Part shown: positions 9,385 to 17,709 of the stretch, one piece after another
Layout: every line of letters starts with the position of its first letter
Numbering within the stretch: position 1 is the first letter of the stretch
Source of the DNA: Candidatus Micrarchaeota archaeon
GTDB taxonomy: Archaea; Micrarchaeota; Micrarchaeia; Micrarchaeales; CABMGC01
Direction: 5' to 3'
DNA length: 64,000 nucleotides
Assembly: GCA_021797745.1 (NCBI GenBank)
Contig: JAJZZD010000001.1
Span: 197,459-261,458 of the forward strand
The notes under the pieces: generated by a model
Seen by the model: the letters and a program-made list of their open reading frames with translations, nothing else
Database searches by the model: none
What the model was told of the DNA's origin: nothing
Program-made: the position numbers and the translations under genes

Positions 9385-9808
9385 GACTGTTGAAAATTTA
9401 AATAGCCCTCGGTTCCGCTGATGCGAAAGCGTTTTCATTTTTTCTATGCGGCAAAAGGTATTCAAGACTCTCTTTGATTACGTGAAAGTGAACTCCAAAT
9501 TTGTGCACGAATCAAAGTTTGTAGCCGATTCCGCCCACGATTCCGCGGACTTTCGTTCCGTATTATTCAAAAACGGAATAGTTCCTGTAATTGCAATAAA
9601 TAGCAGGGAACACTGCATGCCATCCAAACTCAAGGCCCTGATTACATAAAAGGAGGCGCTATAGAAAGGTTCTTCTCGGACAAAATCAGTTATTTCATCG
9701 ATTGTTGACCTTGGGGACGCGTCAGCAGAGAAAAATATGACTCAAGGACCTGTTTACGCACAACACGTCCCGTTATTTGAATGTTCTGCAATAGGATTTT
9801 CAACAGTC
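9385..9808. mobile_element. degraded IS5/IS4-like element (MITE-sized remnant) bounded by 13-bp perfect inverted repeats
   Basis: gactgttgaaaat at 9385-9397 is the exact reverse complement of attttcaacagtc at 9796-9808. The interior holds transposase C-terminal fragments in more than one frame. Confidence 0.7.
9446..9800 (+). pseudogene. DDE transposase (IS5/IS4-like) C-terminal remnant, frameshifted
   Basis: The 9446-9649 ORF has FVADSAHDSADFRSVLFKNGIVPVIAINSRE (DxxYDS...IP.N type). The following frames read GGAIERFFSDKI and RVSREKYD (IERFF...RYEK-like tail), interrupted by stops. Confidence 0.6.
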
Positions 9809-9831
9809 CCCCTGCTCGAGTAATGCTATAT

Positions 9832-9839
9832 ATTTAAAT
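9832..9839 (+). promoter_or_regulatory. TATA-like box (atttaaat) upstream of the small pilin gene
   Basis: An AT-rich box about 33-40 nt upstream of the GTG start at 9872. It sits just outside the right inverted repeat of the IS remnant. Confidence 0.35.
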
Positions 9840-9871
9840 TCTTAACCCTTCTATAGAAAGTAGGCGATAAT

Positions 9872-10444
9872 GTGAATCAAGGAAAGAATTACAGAAAGAA
9901 TTCCAACGCTAAGGCACAGTCGGCAATGGAATACCTGATGACCTACGGATGGGCGATTCTGATAATGGGTGTCGTACTTGCGGCACTATTTGCTCTTGGT
10001 CTCTTCAACGGCGGGATAGCAAGCTTCTCCGATACGTGCATAGCGATATCTGGTTTTACCTGCTCAGCTCCTGTCCTTCATAATGGTAACTTCACGGCCA
10101 CACTGGGTCAGGCAACAGGATCAGGATGGACTAGCGGCAACTTCATATTCGTAGTAGGAGGAGGGACGCCGACGAACACGATAGTCAGCGGCGGCAACAC
10201 AGTCGTTTCCGGATGCATAGCTTCTGCCGGAGCGCTTAACAGCGGCGGAACTATTTCTGCGACGTTCAACGTGATAGGACAGTTCAACACCACAACCGGC
10301 CAGTTGCGATGCACAGGAGGTCCGCTTTCAACGGCCATAGGGCATACGTACAGCGGTGCAATCTGGGCGATATACGTTTCTTCAAGTTTGAGCTCAGCGA
10401 CGCAGATACAGCAGGTAGCTACAGTAACACTTAAGGCAACGTAA
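9872..10444 (+). CDS. archaeal type IV pilin-like protein (class III signal peptide)
   Basis: 190 aa. The N-terminus is ...NAKAQSAMEYLMTYGWAILIMGVVLAALFAL, a canonical prepilin-peptidase-type leader plus hydrophobic helix. The remainder is Gly/Ser/Thr rich. GTG start. Confidence 0.85.
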   Translation: MNQGKNYRKNSNAKAQSAMEYLMTYGWAILIMGVVLAALFALGLFNGGIASFSDTCIAISGFTCSAPVLHNGNFTATLGQATGSGWTSGNFIFVVGGGTPTNTIVSGGNTVVSGCIASAGALNSGGTISATFNVIGQFNTTTGQLRCTGGPLSTAIGHTYSGAIWAIYVSSSLSSATQIQQVATVTLKAT

Positions 10445-10465
10445 CCGTTTTGGCTGCTTTGCCTT

Positions 10466-10486
10466 CTTTTTCTTTTTTTCTTTTTT
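10466..10486 (+). terminator. oligo-T rich tract downstream of the pilin gene
   Basis: Sequence cttttt cttttttt cttttttc with T7 and T6 runs, within 45 nt of the stop. Confidence 0.4.
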
Positions 10487-10612
10487 CAGTATTTTTATGT
10501 ACGATCAATATAGTTAGCAACATAACGACGAATTTAAATATTCGAGAGTACATAATACTCGCGAAAGTGGATTGGCACGGCTGAACAAACGCAAATACAG
10601 GATACTGAAGAA

Positions 10613-10813
10613 TTGAATATCGCAATAGACCATTTAGAGAAGGCAATAAAAGCGCTTTTGAGCGTAGAAAACCACAAAACATATCCTTCTGATACCAAAC
10701 TTAAGAAGAGCTTTATAAAAAGAGAAGAGAAGCTGCTCAAGCAGCTGAAAGAAGGCAAACTAAAGATGCATACTTATAAGAGCTTCTCAGATTTTGATAA
10801 ATCAATAGGCTGA
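10613..10813 (+). CDS. possible antitoxin partner of the decayed RelE-like gene (hypothetical)
   Basis: A 66-aa charged ORF with TTG start that ends 8 nt before the RelE-like pseudogene. The call rests on position only. Confidence 0.3.
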   Translation: MNIAIDHLEKAIKALLSVENHKTYPSDTKLKKSFIKREEKLLKQLKEGKLKMHTYKSFSDFDKSIG

Positions 10814-10821
10814 GGCAACAC

Positions 10822-11084
10822 ATGTACGCCTTTTCGCTCTCAGACGAACTTAGCAACATACTGAAGAAAATGAAAAATAAAGACAGAGCAACGTATGAAT
10901 GAATAGGTAAAAAATTGCAGAGCTCTGCGAAAATCCGCGTATGGCAAAACCGATGACCGCTAGCCTGAAAGGTACATGGCGTGTTCACGTTGGTCCATTC
11001 GTTCTATTCTTTAGGATAAATGAGAACGAGAAAAAGCTTGAATTCTATGATTTCGTGCATCATGATGAAGCTTATGAAAGATAG
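10822..11084 (+). pseudogene. RelE/ParE-family toxin, disrupted by stop and frameshift
   Basis: Own translation. Frame 1 gives MYAFSLSDELSNILKKMKNKDRATYE then a stop. A shifted frame continues KIAELCENPRMAKPMTASLKGTWRVHVGPFVLFFRINENEKKLEFYDFVHHDEAYER, which is the RelE-type layout. Confidence 0.65.
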
Positions 11085-11119
11085 AACTTTGTCAGCATAT
11101 AGCCTTTCATAATCTCTCT

Positions 11120-12055
11120 TTATTTTGCCTTAGTAGCTTCTTTTAATTCTTCTCTGATTTTCAGTGATTCGATTAATTCATTCGGGCTCAAAAGGGGCTT
11201 CCTTAATCTCTCGTTGTCCTCTGTAGCTATCCTCGGGCATGCAGTATTAACAAATGCGTCGAATTCCATCATGTTGTTTATCGACTCGAAATCGAAGGTA
11301 TTGGATACGAGTATCGCTGCCTTAAGGCCATGCGTCTCTATCCTGTTTTTGAGCAGCTTGGCTATCTGCATGTTGAACTGCCCGTTCTTCGTGCTTACCA
11401 GTATTCCGAACCTCTTGGAATTGAGAGCGCTCATCACTTTTCCCCTGCTCTTTTTCTTGTATTTGTCACGCAGCTGGTCTATGAACTCTGCCCTGTTCTG
11501 GAATGGGTCTATTGCTAAAAACGGTTTGGTGGTCTGCAGCAGCGCGCCGACTGGATGAAACATCCCTCCGCCGAAATAAACAAAAGCGTCCACATTTTTA
11601 TCCAGTGACATTACGTTTCCCACGTCGCAGCCGAGTATCTGCCCTTCTTTCTTTGCGAAGCCGTTGGGCTTGTTGAATGTGACCTCTTTACCGTTATTCT
11701 CAAAAAACAGTTTTATGTCATTAAGCTGGTGGACGTGCTGTATTGTCGTCATAATGCATATTTTCTTGAAACCTTTTAAAAGAGGAAGTGACTTTTCCAG
11801 CACATTTAGCTGCGCATCGACATGATATTCGACGTATTCTACGTTGAAGTCAACATGGTGGAATTCAGCGTGACCGAAATGCACAAGCTTGTCGGCGCCT
11901 ATGTGCTTTGCCTCGTCTATTGCCAGGTCGCATGCTCCGAACGTTGGCGAAGCCGAGATAAAAACCTCATTTCCCTCTTTCTCGAGCTTTGTTGCATATT
12001 CGAGGGCGTACTGCTTCAGGCCCTCAGGAAACTGCAATAGGATTCGCATTGCCAT
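11120..12055 (-). CDS. dph2: 2-(3-amino-3-carboxypropyl)histidine synthase (diphthamide biosynthesis Dph2)
   Basis: About 311 aa: MAMRILLQFPEGLKQYALEYA...ASPTFGACDL...HFGHAEF, the Dph2 family pattern. Confidence 0.85.
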   Translation of the reverse strand: MAMRILLQFPEGLKQYALEYATKLEKEGNEVFISASPTFGACDLAIDEAKHIGADKLVHFGHAEFHHVDFNVEYVEYHVDAQLNVLEKSLPLLKGFKKICIMTTIQHVHQLNDIKLFFENNGKEVTFNKPNGFAKKEGQILGCDVGNVMSLDKNVDAFVYFGGGMFHPVGALLQTTKPFLAIDPFQNRAEFIDQLRDKYKKKSRGKVMSALNSKRFGILVSTKNGQFNMQIAKLLKNRIETHGLKAAILVSNTFDFESINNMMEFDAFVNTACPRIATEDNERLRKPLLSPNELIESLKIREELKEATKAK

Positions 12056-12647
12056 CACTAGAACTTTGTTCAGAATCTATTTCTTCCTTTCCTGTTTCCC
12101 CGCTTATCTTAAGCTTAGCGATGGGATTGGTCTCTTTGACAGAAACATAGTAAGAACCTGATAGCTTCAAAGACGCCCTCTTCATGGCAGCTTTGGCTAT
12201 GTCCCTGCGGTCTTTGTTTACCCTTATTTCAAATACTGGCTGATTTTCAAAGACACGGGCCGCTACTGCAGTAGGCCTGCCGAATGCATTGGACATTCCC
12301 TGCGACACCCTGTCTGCGCCTGCACCGGTCGCGAACTTCTTTTCCCTGAGAACATTGTGCGGGTATGTTATTACCTTGAAATAATATGCTCCGGGTATTT
12401 CCTTTTCCAGCAGCTTGTTTGCGCTCTGCCTTGCCGCTTCAAGAGCATTGCTCCTAAGCTGGACTCTCTGCCTGGAATTAAGCGTGAATATCAAATCATA
12501 TTTATCGCTGTATGTGCCCATGTTGAATATGAGCAGGCTGGTATGCGGCAGCGCCTTGATGAAATTCTTGCGCGGCTTTCTCACTGAGTACCTGCTCCAT
12601 GCCTGGCTATTTAACGTCCTGGTGGACCTTCCTGGCCTTATCTTCAT
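12024..12647 (-). CDS. rpl10e: 50S ribosomal protein L10e (uL16)
   Basis: 207 aa: MKIRPGRSTRTLNSQAWSRYSVRKPRKNFIKALP... An acidic C-terminal extension overlaps the dph2 start by about 32 nt. Confidence 0.9.
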   Translation of the reverse strand: MKIRPGRSTRTLNSQAWSRYSVRKPRKNFIKALPHTSLLIFNMGTYSDKYDLIFTLNSRQRVQLRSNALEAARQSANKLLEKEIPGAYYFKVITYPHNVLREKKFATGAGADRVSQGMSNAFGRPTAVAARVFENQPVFEIRVNKDRRDIAKAAMKRASLKLSGSYYVSVKETNPIAKLKISGETGKEEIDSEQSSSDGNANPIAVS

Positions 12648-12813
12648 GTAAATTCACCTAGCTGCCTTGTAAATGTCCTAGAACAAGGAATGCGAATTAT
12701 GATATGTTTCATAAGGTTTATTAGCTTTTTCGCGCCCCTCCTGCACGCCATGCGCACGCCGCATGTCACGTTTCCATCTTGTGACCGCGTTGTTATACAC
12801 AAATATTTATATA

Positions 12814-12848
12814 TTTATCTAAGTAAAATATATTTACTTAAGTAAATG
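12814..12848 (+). promoter_or_regulatory. AT-rich promoter region with two TAAGTAAA-containing half-repeats upstream of the translocation-like operon
   Basis: tttatctaagtaaaat (12814-12829) and ttacttaagtaaat (about 12834-12847) precede the ATG at 12854. The 16-mer recurs exactly at 63159-63174. Confidence 0.35.
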
Positions 12849-12853
12849 ATGTT

Positions 12854-13264
12854 ATGCAACAAGCCCGTGGCTCAAAAGGCGCAAGCCGCTCTGCCGTAGC
12901 GTTCATGTCAATCCTTTTCAGGATTCCCCTGCTAATGGCTCTGCTTCTCGTTAAGAGCGCCTACTCGTATTCTGGCACCGCGACGCATTTCTCAGCGCTT
13001 GACATAGTCACTACTCTAACTTCGATACAGGCAGTTCTTGCGCGCATAGGGCCGCTGCTCAGCGCCGTGCTTTTCATAGTCGCCGGGATATTCTACGCGC
13101 TAGGCCAGCTGTTTCCGCCCCAGAAAAGAGCGACTTTCCAGTCGACAGCATTCGACATCATAATCGGCGCGATAATAATAGCAGCGATATCAATAGCGTC
13201 AAACGGCCTTGCAGCGGCATCGACTAATTTGCTGTCAAACGTGACGGCAAACGTCATTTCCTGA
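12854..13264 (+). CDS. VirB2/TrbC/CedA1-like pilin candidate (signal-type N-terminus plus two hydrophobic helices)
   Basis: 136 aa. The basic N-terminus and hydrophobic leader end in ...LLLVKSAYSYSG. Helices IGPLLSAVLFIVAGIFYALGQLF and AFDIIIGAIIIAAISIASNGLAAA are joined by the loop PPQKRATFQS. The call is by architecture only. Confidence 0.55.
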   Translation: MQQARGSKGASRSAVAFMSILFRIPLLMALLLVKSAYSYSGTATHFSALDIVTTLTSIQAVLARIGPLLSAVLFIVAGIFYALGQLFPPQKRATFQSTAFDIIIGAIIIAAISIASNGLAAASTNLLSNVTANVIS

Positions 13265-13316
13265 GACTTCCCTGTAATCAGAGGTTTGCAATTCATCAAT
13301 ACCCTTAAGTGTTTGC

Positions 13317-14339
13317 ATGTCTGCTTTTCCATTCGGTGCTGGCGGCTATAGCATATGCGTACTCGTCATAAGCATAATGGTCGCAGCCGGGGGGATAATC
13401 CTCGGATTTGGCTATGTTTTTAACGACAAGCGGTTCAAGGAATTCGGCAAAAACGAGCTGGTGCAGAGCGCAATAAACGGGGCGCTTGTCGGCGGTTTCA
13501 TGCTCATGTTCGCAAACGGCGGCATAGTTACAACGGCAGTAAATTCACTGGCGTTGCAGAATGGCACTGCAGTTAACTGTCCAGGCGCCCTGTCAGCGAA
13601 CGCTGCCATATGCTTTGCGTATAACTATCTCGTGTCGCCGCAGCCGTACACGTTCATGGGCAGCACGAACATATCAGTGATGGACTACGTTATAATACTG
13701 ATGCCTGTGCTCTACCTTCTTTATGCCGTGCTCGGGCTGTTCAGCGTATTCCTGGCGCCAATTCTGTCTCAGATAAAGTACGTAACCCAGGCGCTGACCA
13801 CAGTGGCAATAAGTGCGTCAGTGCAGGCCGCAGTGCTGACATTCATAGCTGCCAGCACACTAACCCTGATACTGCCGACTGGCCTTCTGCTACGTACATT
13901 CCTTCCCACGAGAAAGCTGGGCGGATTCCTCATAGCGCTGTCAATAGGATTTTACGTGATATTCCCGCTGTCGTATGTTTTCAATGCGGCAATATTGAAC
14001 AGCTACTCTTTGTCTGCGTACAACTCCACAAACGAGGTCACGCTAATGTCTTCAAACATACAGAACACTGCATTGCAGGACTACAACTCCACGCGTATCG
14101 TGAGCCAGGCTGCCAACCAGAGCGTGCAGGAGGCGCTGCATCCTTTTTCGTCGTTTGCGAGCGACATCGTCAATGCAATGTTCGGCTTCATGCAGAAGAT
14201 ATTCAACCTCATCGCCTTCCTTATACTTTATGCGTTCATACTGCCCGTTTTCAGCCTTGTGATTACCGGCATATCAATAAGGGAACTTTCGCGGCTTTTC
14301 GGCTCCGAAGGCATTAATTTCAAGTTGGGGGTGGTTTGA
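13317..14339 (+). CDS. polytopic membrane protein (about six TM segments), VirB6/TrbL/CedA-like by position and topology
   Basis: 340 aa with repeated long hydrophobic stretches, for example VMDYVIILMPVLYLLYAVLGLFSVFLAPIL and IFNLIAFLILYAFILPVFSLVITGISI. Its stop abuts the next start. Confidence 0.5.
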   Translation: MSAFPFGAGGYSICVLVISIMVAAGGIILGFGYVFNDKRFKEFGKNELVQSAINGALVGGFMLMFANGGIVTTAVNSLALQNGTAVNCPGALSANAAICFAYNYLVSPQPYTFMGSTNISVMDYVIILMPVLYLLYAVLGLFSVFLAPILSQIKYVTQALTTVAISASVQAAVLTFIAASTLTLILPTGLLLRTFLPTRKLGGFLIALSIGFYVIFPLSYVFNAAILNSYSLSAYNSTNEVTLMSSNIQNTALQDYNSTRIVSQAANQSVQEALHPFSSFASDIVNAMFGFMQKIFNLIAFLILYAFILPVFSLVITGISIRELSRLFGSEGINFKLGVV

Positions 14340-15047
14340 ATGAAATCAGTTTCCGATAAAATTTTTGCATACCTTTTTTATTCAGCATCGCTGGCAGTTC
14401 TTCTTGCTTATGCTTATGCGCAGAATCTGTATCTGCTGGCGTTTTCTTCGATGCTGCTTGCCCTGTCAGCCATTTACCTCAATGCGGGCAGCATTGTCAA
14501 CAATATGCTGTTCAGGCGCCAGCTCGTATCAAACCACAGCGGCGTATACGCCCTCGACATGGATATGAAGTCTGCGGTTAAGGACATTGGCAGCGGCTTC
14601 AGGGCGGTGTCTGCCGCAAGGTTGCTGCTGAAAGAAGAAATAAGCTCAGAAAAGATAAGCGCCGCGATTGCCAAGGCCGAGCTGCCTTTCGAGTACATAG
14701 TGCGGCTGCGCAACATAGACGCAAGGCGCTTTCTCGAAGGCCTGGAAACTAGGAAGAGAATGAAGGAAATAGCAATAGCTAAGACTGACCCAAAGCAATA
14801 CGCGAAGCTCAACGCAGCCCGACGCGAACTCGAAGCCATAAAAAGCGAGATGAATAAAGTGTCGGGTTCAAGACCTACTGAAATAGAAGTGGTATTGCGC
14901 GCATTCGCAGAGAATCTAGACGCGCGCACTGCAGCGCGCGAGTCCCGCTCATGCCTCGAAAACATGGTCGTATTGTTTTCCGGAGCCATAGACTTCGAGT
15001 GCGAAATGTTAAACGGCCAGGACCTGCTTGATGAAATCGGTGATTGA
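14340..15047 (+). CDS. membrane-anchored protein (N-terminal TM hairpin plus soluble helical domain), possible VirB3/VirB4 N-terminal part
   Basis: 235 aa. The TM hairpin is IFAYLFYSASLAVLLAYAYAQNLYLLAFSSMLLALSAIYL. It ends with a TGA immediately followed by the ATPase ORF. Confidence 0.5.
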   Translation: MKSVSDKIFAYLFYSASLAVLLAYAYAQNLYLLAFSSMLLALSAIYLNAGSIVNNMLFRRQLVSNHSGVYALDMDMKSAVKDIGSGFRAVSAARLLLKEEISSEKISAAIAKAELPFEYIVRLRNIDARRFLEGLETRKRMKEIAIAKTDPKQYAKLNAARRELEAIKSEMNKVSGSRPTEIEVVLRAFAENLDARTAARESRSCLENMVVLFSGAIDFECEMLNGQDLLDEIGD

Positions 15048-16208
15048 TTGGAGTCGCGCTTTGCAAACATCTATCCCGCCTCTGACGCAGCAAAACTGCT
15101 CCGCGCTCCCGTAAGGAAGATTCCGCGCGCAGCGCAGTTTTTGTCCTCTTCCATGCAATGCGTGTTCTTAGGATGCACGACCTCCGGCAGTATGCCTTAC
15201 TTCCTTGACTTCGGGGAATTGATGAACCCGCACATATTCATTTGCGGGATGACTGGCAGCGGAAAAACTTTCCTGATGAAGAACCTTATGGTTAAATTGA
15301 ATCTTTTCTCAGAGGCCGCGCTCGTAATACTGGATTTCACAGGCGAATACGCAGAATTCTCTGCCATGGCAAACGGCTTGCCCACAGGATTTGCCGAAGT
15401 TAAGGACTCGCTTCTGCAGAATAAGCATTCAATATTGTACGTAAGCCTAACGCAGATAAATTCTGATGCAGAAAAGGCAGATGCCGCATCGCGCGTTCTT
15501 GAGCAGGCAGTTTCCTACATGAGGCATTCCATATGCAGCGGCGTAAGGCTGTTCGTGATGCTCGATGAGGCATGGAAGGTTATAGGAAATACGCCGTCAT
15601 TCGAAATTCTTCTCAGGGAGGGTAGGAAATACGGCACCGGATTGATACTTGCTTCGCAGCTGATAGAAGACGTCAGCTTTTCAATGCTTAACAACGTAGC
15701 AACCATCTTCGTATTCAGGCTCCAGAACAAAACAGTTCTTGACAGGCTGGCACAGAACTATCTGCTCAGCCAGGAGCACGTCAATGCAATACAGAATTTT
15801 ACGCAGGGCAACTGCCTAGTTTTGCAGGTCTGCAAATCTGGTGAGAAAAGGTCCTTTTCAATCAAGAAGGTTGCAGGCATAGAACTTGAGCGCGTTTTCA
15901 GGATATCGTTAGGTGTAGGCATGTTGGAGATAGAAGAGACAAGGTTCGAAAATGCGATAAGGAATCTGTGCGGCCAGAACTGCTCGGAGATAATCAGGGT
16001 TCTCAGGGAACGAGACACAGTTGAGCTTAGCGACCTTATCGTGCTGCTTGTCAAGGGCGGTGCAGACCGTAGAGAGCTACTTGTCGGTATGCGTAAACTC
16101 GGAGTAGGCGATTCTGAGCTGGCAGAAGCTTTCGCGCGTGCGGTTTCCGCGATAGATAAAGGCACACGGCATGAACGGGATGTTTCACAGGATGTTTCAA
16201 ATGTTTAA
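15048..16208 (+). CDS. VirB4/HerA/CedB-like P-loop ATPase (FtsK-HerA superfamily)
   Basis: 386 aa with Walker A ICGMTGSGKTFLMKNL, Walker B FVMLDEAWKV, then LREGRKYGTGLILASQLIEDV. The start is uncertain: TTG at 15048 or ATG at 15153. Confidence 0.75.
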   Translation: MESRFANIYPASDAAKLLRAPVRKIPRAAQFLSSSMQCVFLGCTTSGSMPYFLDFGELMNPHIFICGMTGSGKTFLMKNLMVKLNLFSEAALVILDFTGEYAEFSAMANGLPTGFAEVKDSLLQNKHSILYVSLTQINSDAEKADAASRVLEQAVSYMRHSICSGVRLFVMLDEAWKVIGNTPSFEILLREGRKYGTGLILASQLIEDVSFSMLNNVATIFVFRLQNKTVLDRLAQNYLLSQEHVNAIQNFTQGNCLVLQVCKSGEKRSFSIKKVAGIELERVFRISLGVGMLEIEETRFENAIRNLCGQNCSEIIRVLRERDTVELSDLIVLLVKGGADRRELLVGMRKLGVGDSELAEAFARAVSAIDKGTRHERDVSQDVSNV

Positions 16209-16902
16209 AAACGGCACAGCTATGAAAATAAAGAGCAAGAGCCTGCTGTTCAGCAGGCTATGCATAGACGCCAGGCTTGCATCAAGCATGCGAGCCGTGG
16301 AAAAGACGCTCTCCTTTTTTCCCAATCTTTCACAGACGCGCACAGGCGGCAAGCTGTGCTATTATATGTCAAACGGCGATCCCGACTGCTTTTACCTTCT
16401 TGAGTTGGGCAGGGATGCAATTTTCATGTCAATATGCTCAGTCTCGTCGCCCACGTACTACCTGAATGACGCGCTTCTGAAACTGCTCGAAATAATGCAC
16501 ATGCTAAATTCAGACTATGAGATTTATGCTAACAGCCTTTACCCTTATCTTATCTTCGCGCTCTCGGGTATGCAGATTGAAAAATATTCCAATATTCTTA
16601 ATAAGAACGAAGCATGCCGCTTAGACCGCGATGCAGACCTGATACTTGCCGGCAGGATAAATTCCCTTGTAAAAGAGAAAGAGGCGTACAAAGGCATCAA
16701 CAGCAGGGCGATGGAAAGAATAGAGTGCCTCACTGCGAAATTGCTTGTATTTGAAAGCAGGTCTGACCCCAGCGTAAGCCGCATTTCGAAGAGCCTGGGG
16801 CTTGAGGCTGAAGAGCTGAGAAAAATGCTGTTGCGCATGCCCAGATTCGGGTACAAAGCCATTTACAAGACCTCCGACGCTTTCGAGCTGGTGAAGCTAT
16901 GA
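16171..16902 (+). CDS. hypothetical protein (operon member, no recognised family)
   Basis: 243 aa, overlaps the end of the ATPase gene. Alternative in-frame starts run up to 16222. The C-terminal segment SVSRISKSLGLEAEELRKMLLRM could be a helix-turn-helix, which is speculative. Confidence 0.5.
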   Translation: MNGMFHRMFQMFKNGTAMKIKSKSLLFSRLCIDARLASSMRAVEKTLSFFPNLSQTRTGGKLCYYMSNGDPDCFYLLELGRDAIFMSICSVSSPTYYLNDALLKLLEIMHMLNSDYEIYANSLYPYLIFALSGMQIEKYSNILNKNEACRLDRDADLILAGRINSLVKEKEAYKGINSRAMERIECLTAKLLVFESRSDPSVSRISKSLGLEAEELRKMLLRMPRFGYKAIYKTSDAFELVKL

Positions 16903-17519
16903 GCTTTTCGTCGTTTTTCTCGTTTGCCGCCCCGCTTGTTCCAATAGCCCTGGGCATGTCAGCGTTCCTGTTGCTTAGGCGGCTCCGCATCGGCGGGAAA
17001 AAGTTCAGGATACGGACAGAACCGCGGAAGGAGACGACAGATTCTTCCAGGGCAAAAGACAGCAGCATGCGCGAAATGGTTGACACGCTGCAGAAATATT
17101 TCGTATGCAGGCTGCCTGTCAGGAGTTCCGAGCTTCGGGAATACAACGGCATATGCAATGCCCATGGCGAAAAGTTCTTCGGGAATTTCCGGGACATGAG
17201 GCACGCAATATTTCTACGCGAGGCCTATGACTCGCTGATGATTGGGGGCTACGCCGGAGACGCGCTGAGCAGCATGTCATGCGGCAGGGGAATATGCGAC
17301 CTGGCATTCGACAAGCTTGGCCTTGTAGACATCCGCGACAGGCAGCTGGCGCTGCGTTTCAAGAATAACTACAAAAGCCGCATAACGATTTTCGCGCGCT
17401 CTAACGAAGAATTGCTCAGGGTGCTGTTTTCAAACAGAAAAGAGTCTGCGATAATCATGGCATACCTTGCAGATTATAAAATAGATATTTTTGATTCACA
17501 TGATAAACATGATAACTGA
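16899..17519 (+). CDS. hypothetical protein with an N-terminal TM helix (operon member)
   Basis: 206 aa: MSFSSFFSFAAPLVPIALGMSAFLLLRRL then a soluble region. It has an ATGA overlap with the preceding ORF. Confidence 0.5.
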   Translation: MSFSSFFSFAAPLVPIALGMSAFLLLRRLRIGGKKFRIRTEPRKETTDSSRAKDSSMREMVDTLQKYFVCRLPVRSSELREYNGICNAHGEKFFGNFRDMRHAIFLREAYDSLMIGGYAGDALSSMSCGRGICDLAFDKLGLVDIRDRQLALRFKNNYKSRITIFARSNEELLRVLFSNRKESAIIMAYLADYKIDIFDSHDKHDN

Positions 17520-17709
17520 CATTTTCCTTGGCTTCGCAAAGTTGGCCATAGCGTTCAGCGGGCTTGCGGCAAGCGCAATGATGTGCCTAGTTATAGGAAA
17601 GCAGCTTTCATCCCGCGATTTCCAGTTCGGCGTCACTTTCGTAAAGGAAGCCCTTTGCTTCTCATTCGTTTTCCTTATTTCATTCATTATTTTCCTGGCG
17701 TTTCGATGA
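17500..17709 (+). CDS. small two-TM membrane protein (CedA1/A2-sized)
   Basis: About 69 aa: MINMITDIFLGFAKLAIAFSGLAASAMMCLVIG...ALCFSFVFLISFIIFLAF. It overlaps the end of the previous ORF. Confidence 0.45.
   Translation: MINMITDIFLGFAKLAIAFSGLAASAMMCLVIGKQLSSRDFQFGVTFVKEALCFSFVFLISFIIFLAFR

Noticed and set aside
15045-15047. Genome-wide TGA recoding (as in some candidate phyla) as an explanation for the in-frame TGA between ORF3 and the ATPase
   Set aside because: Well-supported genes in the window end cleanly at TGA at the expected protein length, for example the 340-aa membrane protein at 14337-14339 and trm5 at 6553-6555. TGA therefore functions as a stop here.
17583-17705. N-terminal extension of the last operon ORF as drawn by the track (132 aa)
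   Set aside because: The extension overlaps the preceding small membrane protein in another frame and is Arg/Pro/Phe-rich. The ATG at 17706 overlaps the previous stop (ATGA) and begins a coherent membrane protein.
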